60,137 nt of DNA. It comes from an uncultured Planctomycetales bacterium. Its GTDB lineage: Bacteria > Omnitrophota > Gorgyraeia > Zapsychrales > Fredricksoniimonadaceae. The notes below the pieces were generated by a model that ran no database searches, was not told the origin of the DNA, and saw only the letters and a program-made list of their open reading frames with translations. Position numbers and translations under genes: made by a program. The stretch covers positions 1-60,137 of the forward strand of contig CAZXSE010000007.1 of NCBI GenBank assembly GCA_964643325.1, given 5' to 3'. Of the stretch, positions 45,502-52,809 are shown piece after piece; position 1 is the first letter of the stretch, and each line of letters begins with the position of its first letter.

Positions 45502-47022
45502 TTACGCCACATCATGCAATGTTGTTGTCGAGAAATGCGGGTCTGTTGTCAGATTGATCCCCAGCCGCCTTAACCCCGCGTCGTCGCCGGGCGTGGGGAT
45601 ATGGGTCATGTGGACCTCACAGCCTTTAAGCTCAACGATCTTCTCCAAGGCCAGTTTTGAAACAGGGTTCGTGGCCGCGCTGATGCTCAAGCTGATCATC
45701 GCCTCATCCAGGTCAAGGCTCACGGACTTGGCCTTGAGGATGTCTTTCTTGAGGCTCGCGATCGCCTTGATAATGTCCTCGGATAAGAGCGGGATCTTCG
45801 CCGGGATCTCGGCCAGGTGGCGCACGGCATTGAGAATAAGGCTCGAGGCCGCATGCATCATGGGCGTATTGTTGCCCGTGATGATCGTCCCGTCGGAGAG
45901 TTCAATGGCGGCGCCGCAATAAACACCCTCGTTACCCGCGCCCTTGGTCTGCGCCGTCTCAGCGGATTTGCGCGCGGCAGCCACGACCTTGCGGTCAAGT
46001 TCCTTGACGCCGGCCTCCTCCATCAGCAGCTCAACCCGCTGAACCGCCTCTTTATCGACCAGCCCCATGGCATACTCATACTTGTAACGGAACAATCTGC
46101 GAACGATCTCCTGCTTCGCTGCATCCTGGACGATCGCGTCGTTGGCGATGCCGAAGCCCGCGCAATTGACCCCCATGTCCGTCGGAGAATAATAAAGCGT
46201 CTTGCCGCCCGTTATCTTGTGCAGGATCCGTTTCAGGACCGGGAAGACCTCGATATCGCGGTTATAATTGATCGCCAGTTTCTTGTACTTCTCGATATGG
46301 AACGGATCGATCATGTTGTAATCTTTGATATCCGCGGTCGCCGCCTCATACGCCACATTCACCGGATGCTTGAGCGGGATGTTCCATATCGGGAATGTTT
46401 CAAACTTCGCGTAACCGGCCTTGAGGCCCTTCTTATGCTCGTGATAAAGCTGGGAAAGGCAGGTCGCAAGCTTGCCGCTGCCGGGCCCCGGACCCGTCAC
46501 AATAACGATGCGGTTCTTGGTCTCGATATACTCGTTGGCCCCGTAACCCTGGTCGCTGACGATCAGGTCCACATCCGTCGGATAACCGCGCGTGAAAGGA
46601 TGCGTGTAAACCTTCACTCCGCCGCGCTCAAGCTTCTTCTTGAAAATGACCGCGGAGGGCTGGTTCTGGAAACGCGTGATGACCACGGCGCAGATCGTGA
46701 TGCCCCAATCTTTGAGATCGTCGATCAGCTTCATGGCATCCGCGTCGTAGGTAATGCCGAAATCCGCACGGATCTTGCGGCGCTCGATATCGCCCGCGTA
46801 AATACACAGGATGATATCCGCCTCGTCCTTGAGTTTTTTGAGCAGACGCATCTTGACATTAGGGTCGAACCCCGGCAGGACGCGCGAAGCGTGCATGTCA
46901 TAGAGAAGCTTGCCGCCGAACTCCAGATAAAGCTTATTGTCGAATTTTTTGACGCGCTTGCGGATCGCGGCCGCCTGCTCTTTCAGATACTTCTCATTAT
47001 CGAAACCGATGGGATTTGCCAT
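45502..47022 (-). CDS. DUF1846 family protein
   Basis: GFDNEKYL, LYLEFGGKL, GPGSGKLATCLSQLY, YAKFETFP, NYNRD. Confidence 0.92.
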   Translation of the reverse strand: MANPIGFDNEKYLKEQAAAIRKRVKKFDNKLYLEFGGKLLYDMHASRVLPGFDPNVKMRLLKKLKDEADIILCIYAGDIERRKIRADFGITYDADAMKLIDDLKDWGITICAVVITRFQNQPSAVIFKKKLERGGVKVYTHPFTRGYPTDVDLIVSDQGYGANEYIETKNRIVIVTGPGPGSGKLATCLSQLYHEHKKGLKAGYAKFETFPIWNIPLKHPVNVAYEAATADIKDYNMIDPFHIEKYKKLAINYNRDIEVFPVLKRILHKITGGKTLYYSPTDMGVNCAGFGIANDAIVQDAAKQEIVRRLFRYKYEYAMGLVDKEAVQRVELLMEEAGVKELDRKVVAAARKSAETAQTKGAGNEGVYCGAAIELSDGTIITGNNTPMMHAASSLILNAVRHLAEIPAKIPLLSEDIIKAIASLKKDILKAKSVSLDLDEAMISLSISAATNPVSKLALEKIVELKGCEVHMTHIPTPGDDAGLRRLGINLTTDPHFSTTTLHDVA

Positions 47023-47035
47023 AAGGTCCTTTCAC

Positions 47036-47067
47036 AAAAAAAGAGACAACCTTTGGAAGGTTGCCTC
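47036..47067 (-). terminator. Intrinsic terminator within the 5' leader of DUF1846 (attenuator-like)
   Basis: Minus strand GAGGCAACCTT-CCA-AAGGTTGTCTC followed by T7, ending just before the RBS. Confidence 0.75.
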
Positions 47068-47108
47068 ATTTTAACTGGTACATTTTATCCTGTGACATAT
47101 GGAGGGGT

Positions 47109-47137
47109 ATTCTAGAACAATGTCCTGAAATTATCAA
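47109..47137 (-). promoter_or_regulatory. Putative sigma70 promoter TTGATA-17-TAGAAT for the DUF1846-carB operon
   Basis: Read directly on the minus strand. Confidence 0.6.
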
Positions 47138-47230
47138 TTTAAATCAAATTAGTATGAATTAAATAGAGTCCTTGCGTGTATACTGGACAGGCGAAATAGA
47201 AAATAGTTCTTATTAATGCAGGAGGGAATT

Positions 47231-47290
47231 ATGGGTGACAAGAATCCGAAGAACAAGATCAAGAAGGCCAAAGCAGGAAAAAAGAAGTAA
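47231..47290 (+). CDS. Small Lys-rich peptide, 19 aa (MGDKNPKNKIKKAKAGKKK)
   Basis: GGAGGG RBS, ATG 47231, TAA 47288-47290, hairpin downstream. Confidence 0.6.
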   Translation: MGDKNPKNKIKKAKAGKKK

Positions 47291-47320
47291 GAACTGCTTT
47301 AAAAGTCTTTGTTACGCAGC

Positions 47321-47364
47321 CCAGGGGCAAGCCGTTCTCATCAGGCTTGTCCCTGGTCTATTTT
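47321..47364 (+). terminator. Hairpin/terminator after the small peptide ORF
   Basis: CCAGGGGCAAGCC...GGCTTGTCCCTGG then TCTATTTT. Confidence 0.6.
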
Positions 47365-47380
47365 GCCGACCAACTCTATC

Positions 47381-47421
47381 GCCCCTCCCCCTACCCCCTC
47401 CCACGCTACGCGGGGAGGGGG
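47381..47421. repeat. C-rich palindromic REP-like element, copy 2
   Basis: GCCCCTCCCCCTACCCCCTCCCACGCTACGCGGGGAGGGGG. Confidence 0.85.
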
Positions 47422-47433
47422 CATTTGGCATCT

Positions 47434-47664
47434 TCACTTCCTGATCAGTTCTTCCACCAGCGTCAGTCGCGGCATGATGGGCAGCTTCTTCCCTGCAGGC
47501 AGAAAAAGTTCAACCTCTCCCTCTCTCTTTAACATCTCAAACGCCTCACTGACGCGATCATCCTCCAAAAGCGAAATAACCCGTCTTTTAACCTCTTTAT
47601 CCTTAAGTTTAACGACGACCTTGGCGTTCCCGTTCTGTGCGTTCAATATCAACAACGCTTTCAT
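47434..47664 (-). CDS. Hypothetical protein, 76 aa, divergent from the repressor
   Basis: AAGGAGG RBS before ATG 47664; clean ORF. Confidence 0.75.
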   Translation of the reverse strand: MKALLILNAQNGNAKVVVKLKDKEVKRRVISLLEDDRVSEAFEMLKREGEVELFLPAGKKLPIMPRLTLVEELIRK

Positions 47665-47821
47665 AAAGACCTCCTTATAATGAAGTAGTTCGGTTCACCC
47701 TGAAGACACACAATATCCCTTGGAGACCCGGAATGATCCCGGGTTCTGAACAAAGTCAGGACTTTATCCTAACAGCTTTGATCTAAAAGTCCTTACTTGG
47801 CAATATTTCTGGTACATACCA

Positions 47822-47895
47822 AATATGAACTATATTGCTTCACTTGTCAAGTCGATGGAAAATATAGTTGCATTAAAGCGCTTTAGTGTTATACT
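47822..47895. promoter_or_regulatory. Back-to-back promoters with candidate operators
   Basis: Leftward TTGACA-17-CATATT (47850-47822); rightward TTGCAT-16-TATACT with extended TG (47868-47895); inverted repeat AACTATATT/AATATAGTT; palindrome TAAAGCGCTTTA. Confidence 0.65.
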
Positions 47896-47904
47896 AATAG
47901 TGTT

Positions 47905-48597
47905 ATGTTTAATAAAACGCTGACACAATACAGGGAGCGGGCGGGCATCAACAAGACCGATCTGGCGCACAAGGTCGATGTGTCACTCTCTTATATTGTC
48001 GGCCTTGAATCGGGCCGCCAGAAGCCCCCTACCCGCCAGTTGTGCGAAAAGCTGGCCCAGGCACTTTCTTTGAATGAACAGGAGCGCAACGAGCTTATCG
48101 AACTGGCGGTCATCAACCGCCTGCGCTCCACCGACCTTGCAACGATCGCCAACAAGTTTGCCAAAGACCAGCCCGTTACAGCCACGGCTATCGCGATCGA
48201 AAAACCACGCCAGGTCCCCATCCTGCCCTGGGAAGCCGCGAACAAGAGAATAACCGAAGACGATATCCCGGCCGGGCTCGCCACCGTTACTGCGGAAACA
48301 GAGCCCAGGGACGGCCTCTTCGCGCTCCGTGTCCGCGATGCCTCCATGGCGCCGGAATTCCAGATCGATGACATTGTCATCATTGATGCCTGCTCTGCCC
48401 CGAGCCACAATGACTTTGTGCTGGCCGCTGACAGCAAAGGGCATGCGCCATTATTGCGGCAGTTCAAGGACTACGGCGCGACAACAGTGCTGCATCCTCT
48501 GGCCAATGACGCGCAGGATATTGTGATGGAACAGGAAAAGAGATATTCTATCGTCGGAAGAGTTGTGGAACGGCTTTCGCGGGGGAAAAAGTATTAA
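47905..48597 (+). CDS. XRE HTH + S24 peptidase-like (CI/LexA-type) repressor
   Basis: N-terminal HTH (INKTDLAHKVDVSLSYIVGLESG); FALRVRDASMAPEFQIDDIVII; IVGRVV. Confidence 0.88.
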   Translation: MFNKTLTQYRERAGINKTDLAHKVDVSLSYIVGLESGRQKPPTRQLCEKLAQALSLNEQERNELIELAVINRLRSTDLATIANKFAKDQPVTATAIAIEKPRQVPILPWEAANKRITEDDIPAGLATVTAETEPRDGLFALRVRDASMAPEFQIDDIVIIDACSAPSHNDFVLAADSKGHAPLLRQFKDYGATTVLHPLANDAQDIVMEQEKRYSIVGRVVERLSRGKKY

Positions 48598-48976
48598 CAC
48601 GCCGGATGAACCCAGAAAACAGGTCCTGTGCGTTGATGACGAACCGGACGTCACCTACCGGATCAAGCGCTTCGTGGAGCGCCACTACCCCATTGATGTC
48701 TGGACCGCGGGCAACGGCTACATGGCGCTGGGGATGCTTGCGCATCATTCTTTCGACGCAGTGCTTCTTGATATCAACATGCCGGGTATGGACGGCTTAA
48801 GCGTTGCCGCCGAGATCATCCGGCTTTATCCCAAAACGATCGTGGTCATCATCACGGCCAGCGCCGAGCTCGAGATCCTCTCGCGTGTCAAGGGCACGCG
48901 CTTCCTTGTCAAGCCCGTGGCTATGAACGATATCCAGACGCTCATCTACCAGCAGTTCGGCCTGATGGCCTCTTAA
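48563..48976 (+). CDS. Single-domain response regulator receiver (start uncertain)
   Basis: VLCVDDE, LLDINMPGMDG, IITA, LVKP; only in-frame start is GTG 48563 inside the repressor gene. Confidence 0.8.
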   Translation: MWNGFRGGKSINTPDEPRKQVLCVDDEPDVTYRIKRFVERHYPIDVWTAGNGYMALGMLAHHSFDAVLLDINMPGMDGLSVAAEIIRLYPKTIVVIITASAELEILSRVKGTRFLVKPVAMNDIQTLIYQQFGLMAS

Positions 48977-49848
48977 CCCTGCTTCTTGTCCTGCGCCTTC
49001 AACGGAAGAACGCCAGCCATTTCGCCGATCACATTAACAAGGTCACTCCCCGTCGGAACAACGATCTTGGCATTGCTTTTGAGCGCGGTCTCGACCATCT
49101 CCAGGCGCCTTAATATCTGGGCATTGCCCACGAAATACTGCTCAGCCGCCTCATTGACCAGGCGGATCGCCTCGGCTTCACCCTCGGCCGCAAGGATCTT
49201 AGCCTGCTTGATGCCTTCGGCCTTCTTGATCTCCGCGCGCTTGGCGCCGTCGGCCGCAGTCTCGGTCGCTGTCGCGAAATCAATGGCCGCGATCTTCTCA
49301 TTCTCGGCCTTGACGACCTTATTCATGGTCTCCTGAACATCCTTGGGCGGATCGATCTCCTTGAGCTCAGTGCGCACGATCTGGATACCCCAGCTCTCGG
49401 TCTCGCGCAACAGAACGCCGTGCAGGTCCGCGTTGATCTTACCGCGCTCGCTGTTAGCGGACTTAAGCGTCATGGTGCCGATGATGTTACGCAATGTGGT
49501 GCGCGCCAGGTTCACGATCTGGTACTGGCAGTTCTGGACATTATAGACCGCATTCTTGACGCTCTGTTCGTCGGGGCGGATCTTGAAATAGACCTGCGCG
49601 TCGACCTTGGCGTTAAGGTTGTCGTTGGTGATGATCTCCTGCGGATTGGCCTCGATCATCTGCTCCGTGATGTTGAGGATGTAAATGACCTCGATCACAG
49701 GAATGATCCAGTTAAAGCCCGGGTTCGCAAAACGGCTATAACGGCCAAAGCGTTCGATAAGGCCGCGCTCCGTCGGTCGGACGATCCGTATGCCCATGAA
49801 AAAGATACCGATAGCCCCCATCAATAGATATGTGAATATTGGCGACAT
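48973..49848 (-). CDS. SPFH/band-7 (HflC/stomatin-like) protein
   Basis: IVRPTERGLIERFG, TTLRNIIG, WGIQIVRTELKEIDPP. Confidence 0.92.
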   Translation of the reverse strand: MSPIFTYLLMGAIGIFFMGIRIVRPTERGLIERFGRYSRFANPGFNWIIPVIEVIYILNITEQMIEANPQEIITNDNLNAKVDAQVYFKIRPDEQSVKNAVYNVQNCQYQIVNLARTTLRNIIGTMTLKSANSERGKINADLHGVLLRETESWGIQIVRTELKEIDPPKDVQETMNKVVKAENEKIAAIDFATATETAADGAKRAEIKKAEGIKQAKILAAEGEAEAIRLVNEAAEQYFVGNAQILRRLEMVETALKSNAKIVVPTGSDLVNVIGEMAGVLPLKAQDKKQG

Positions 49849-49880
49849 AATGTTCTCCTTTTGTTATTGATCTATGAATC

Positions 49881-49955
49881 GTAGGGGCCGAGCTTGTCTC
49901 GGCCCGATATGCGGGCGGACATCCCCTTCGGGGACTTCGCAAAGTCCGCCCCTAC
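49881..49955. repeat. Inverted pair of GTAG-type REP-like palindromes
   Basis: GTAGGGGCCGAGCTTGTCTCGGCCC ... GGGCGGAC[insert]AAGTCCGCCCCTAC. Confidence 0.8.
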
Positions 49956-49958
49956 TTA

Positions 49959-51518
49959 TTACCATTCAACCGGAAAGTAATCCTTAAGGAACTTACCACA
50001 CCAGTGCTTGCCGGTCAATATCCCGTCGAAGAACGGATCGCAAACCCGCGCAGCCCCGTCGACAATATCCAGCGGCGGCTGAAAATCATGCTCTTCCTGC
50101 TTACGCCGGGACAGGACGAATGGGTCCTCATCCGTTACCCAGCCCGTATCGACCGCATTCATGAAAATGCCGTATTTCGCCAAGTCGCTCGCGGATGTAT
50201 GCGTAAGCATATTAAGCGCGGCTTTCGCCATGTTCGTATGCGGATGCCGGTCGGTCTTCACAAAACGGTGAAACTTGCCTTCCATGGCCGACACATTCAC
50301 GATGTGTTTTTTTCCTGTGTTCTCGCGCTTCATCATCCACGACAATTTATTGCACAACACGAACGGCGCGATCGCGTTGACCAGCTGAAGCTCGATCATC
50401 TCGGAGGTCTGTATCTCGCCAAGGCGAAGGCGCCAGCTGTTCACGTCCCGCAAGTCCACCTGCTGCAGGTCCGCGTCAAGACTGCCGCCGGGAAAAACTT
50501 TCTCGACGGACAATTGCTGGTCATGCACATACGGGATCTGCGAGAGTTCCGCGGACGATGAAAGCCCCACGCCCGGCTCCTGGCCGCCCCAGGTCACGGC
50601 CAGCCCAGCCCGCTGGACGCCAAGAGCGTCCGTATGTTTAAGCCCGAGCTCCTTCTTGCAATCCTCGAAATGGCGCAACAGATCCTGCGCGCCCTGTGGC
50701 AGGTCCTCGACATGAAGCGCCTCACTCTTCATCATGTGCGCGTAAAAACCAGGAGGCCGCCGCACAGTCTGCGCCGCATTATTGATCAGAAGATCCAGCC
50801 GGTCATACTTGTGTTCGATGAACCTGCAAAATATCTCGACGCTGGGCGTATGCCGCAGGTCCAGCCCGTAAATATGCAATCGATCGGCCCATTGAGAAAA
50901 ATCCTTCTCGCGCGCATAGCGCAGGGCGCTGTCCACCGGAAAACGCGTCGTGGCAATGACCCGCGCGCCGGCGCGCAGCATCATGAGCGCCGCCTGATAC
51001 CCGATCTTCAGGCGCGAGCCTGTTATCAATGCGGTCTGCCCGTCGAGCGGAGCTGTCTGGAAACGTTTGGCATAATTAAAGTCAGCGCATTTCGGGCACA
51101 TCGAATCATAAAAGAAATGCACTTTTGTAAATTCCGCCTTGCACACATAACAATTGCGCGGATGCACAAGCTCCTCGGCCTTGCCGGATGCCTCATGCGG
51201 GATCTGCGTGATCTTCTCGGGGGCCACGAACACTGCGGCCTCACGGGCGCTGCGAATACCTGTGGCCTTACGCAGTCCGCGCTCATGGTCGTCGACCTTC
51301 TGGCGCTTGAGATACCTGCGCTCGCGGCTTCTTTTGCGGATCTCTTCCCGCAAAGGCCGCGATATCTTCCCGGCCGCGACGAGCAGTGCGACCCGCTGGT
51401 CATTCGGCAGATGCGCCAGCTCGGTGCTGTTCTCGGAAAGCGCCACCAGGATATCCAAACAACCCTGGATATCTTCACGGGAAAATGTCGCGTCAGCGAT
51501 CCTGTCCACTTTGGTCAT
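49959..51518 (-). CDS. SDR-family oxidoreductase with N-terminal Cys-motif extension
   Basis: [35 protein letters not shown]...CPKC. Confidence 0.88.
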   Translation of the reverse strand: MTKVDRIADATFSREDIQGCLDILVALSENSTELAHLPNDQRVALLVAAGKISRPLREEIRKRSRERRYLKRQKVDDHERGLRKATGIRSAREAAVFVAPEKITQIPHEASGKAEELVHPRNCYVCKAEFTKVHFFYDSMCPKCADFNYAKRFQTAPLDGQTALITGSRLKIGYQAALMMLRAGARVIATTRFPVDSALRYAREKDFSQWADRLHIYGLDLRHTPSVEIFCRFIEHKYDRLDLLINNAAQTVRRPPGFYAHMMKSEALHVEDLPQGAQDLLRHFEDCKKELGLKHTDALGVQRAGLAVTWGGQEPGVGLSSSAELSQIPYVHDQQLSVEKVFPGGSLDADLQQVDLRDVNSWRLRLGEIQTSEMIELQLVNAIAPFVLCNKLSWMMKRENTGKKHIVNVSAMEGKFHRFVKTDRHPHTNMAKAALNMLTHTSASDLAKYGIFMNAVDTGWVTDEDPFVLSRRKQEEHDFQPPLDIVDGAARVCDPFFDGILTGKHWCGKFLKDYFPVEW

Positions 51519-51541
51519 AATATTAACAATGTCGGGGAATA

Positions 51542-51889
51542 TTAAAGTTTATCGTATTTGGTATGCCGGCCCTTGCATTTGGCGACCGGATATTTAAGGG
51601 CATTCTTGGCAGTCTTTATCTTGATGGCTTTCGGCAGATCGATCTTCAGATCATGGGCCAGCTCGAACAGATACCACGCCACATCCGCGAGCTCGTCGGC
51701 GATCTCATCCTTGTGTTCCTTGCCGTAAGCCTCAACCTCTTTGGGCGACTTCCACTGAAAATGCTCCAGTACCTCAGCCGCCTCAAGCACCAACGACAAA
51801 GCCACATCCTTGTGATTATGGAACTGCTTCCAGTCGCGCTCTTTGCGGAACGCCATCATCTTCGCGGTTATCTTCTTGATCTCGCCCAT
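51542..51889 (-). CDS. MazG-like nucleotide pyrophosphohydrolase
   Basis: [28 protein letters not shown]. Confidence 0.9.
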   Translation of the reverse strand: MGEIKKITAKMMAFRKERDWKQFHNHKDVALSLVLEAAEVLEHFQWKSPKEVEAYGKEHKDEIADELADVAWYLFELAHDLKIDLPKAIKIKTAKNALKYPVAKCKGRHTKYDKL

Positions 51890-51910
51890 AACTCGACAAA
51901 ACCTTTCTTC

Positions 51911-52696
51911 TTAATAAACCTCAGGAACAAAATGCTGACTGCTCCGCGGCGGTCGTTTATATCCCGATCTTTTTTGCCGCGGCGGCATTTTGACCGGCCC
52001 GGGCGTCAGGTCCTTATACGGGATCTGCGAGAGCAAGTGCGAAATGCAATTAAGCCGCGCCCGCTTTTTGTCGTCGGCGCTAACCACATTCCAGCGCGCT
52101 TCCTTGATATCCGTGTATTTCATCATCGCATCCTTGGCCCTGGAATAATCAACCCATTTGGTGCGCGACTGAACATCCATGGGCGAAAGTTTCCAGCGGC
52201 GGATGGGGTCCGCGTTGCGCGACTGGAACCGCTTTTCCTGCTCCTCGTCGCTGACAGAGAACCAATATTTAACAAGAATGATCCCGGAACGAATGAGCAT
52301 GCGCTCGAACTCCGGGCAGGAGAACAGGAATTCCTTATACTCTTTATCCGTGCAGAATTTCATGACATGCTCGACCCCCGCGCGGTTGTACCAGCTGCGG
52401 TCAAAAAGGACCATCTCGCCCGACGAGGGCAGTTGTGCAACATACCGCTGAAAATACCACTGGGTCTTTTCCTTCTCGGTGGGAGTGCCCAAGGCCACAA
52501 CACGGCAGATGCGCGGGTTCAGGTTCTGGGTGATGCGCTTGATGACACCGCCCTTACCAGCAGCGTCGCGGCCTTCAAAAAGGACAACGACCTTGAGGCC
52601 CTTATCCTTGACCCATTCCTGCAGTTTTACGAGCTCCAACTGCAAGCGCGTGAGTTCTTTTTCGTAGAATTTCTTTTTGAGTTTCTTGTGTTTCAT
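51911..52696 (-). CDS. ppk2: Polyphosphate kinase 2
   Basis: FEGRDAAGKGG, FDRSWYNR, RWKLSPMD, DDKKRARLN. Confidence 0.96.
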   Translation of the reverse strand: MKHKKLKKKFYEKELTRLQLELVKLQEWVKDKGLKVVVLFEGRDAAGKGGVIKRITQNLNPRICRVVALGTPTEKEKTQWYFQRYVAQLPSSGEMVLFDRSWYNRAGVEHVMKFCTDKEYKEFLFSCPEFERMLIRSGIILVKYWFSVSDEEQEKRFQSRNADPIRRWKLSPMDVQSRTKWVDYSRAKDAMMKYTDIKEARWNVVSADDKKRARLNCISHLLSQIPYKDLTPGPVKMPPRQKRSGYKRPPRSSQHFVPEVY

Positions 52697-52757
52697 AGGC
52701 CTCCTGATAAAGAGGCTTTATTCTAACATCATCCGGGATTATTGGAAATAATAAGGA

Positions 52758-52788
52758 AAAAGCCCGCATCATTCCGATGCGGGCTTTT
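52758..52788. terminator. Intrinsic terminator after the large secreted protein pair
   Basis: AAAAGCCCGCATC-ATTCC-GATGCGGGCTTTT. Confidence 0.88.
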
Positions 52789-52809
52789 GAAATTGCGATC
52801 AATGTCCGT

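Noticed and set aside
47070-47220. Known metabolite riboswitch (purine, preQ1, PyrR site) in the DUF1846 leader
   Set aside because: No match to the consensus elements I know; reported only as an attenuator-like architecture
47434-48976. Prophage
   Set aside because: The CI-like repressor and ORF6N genes are phage-associated families, but there are no integrase, terminase, capsid or replication genes
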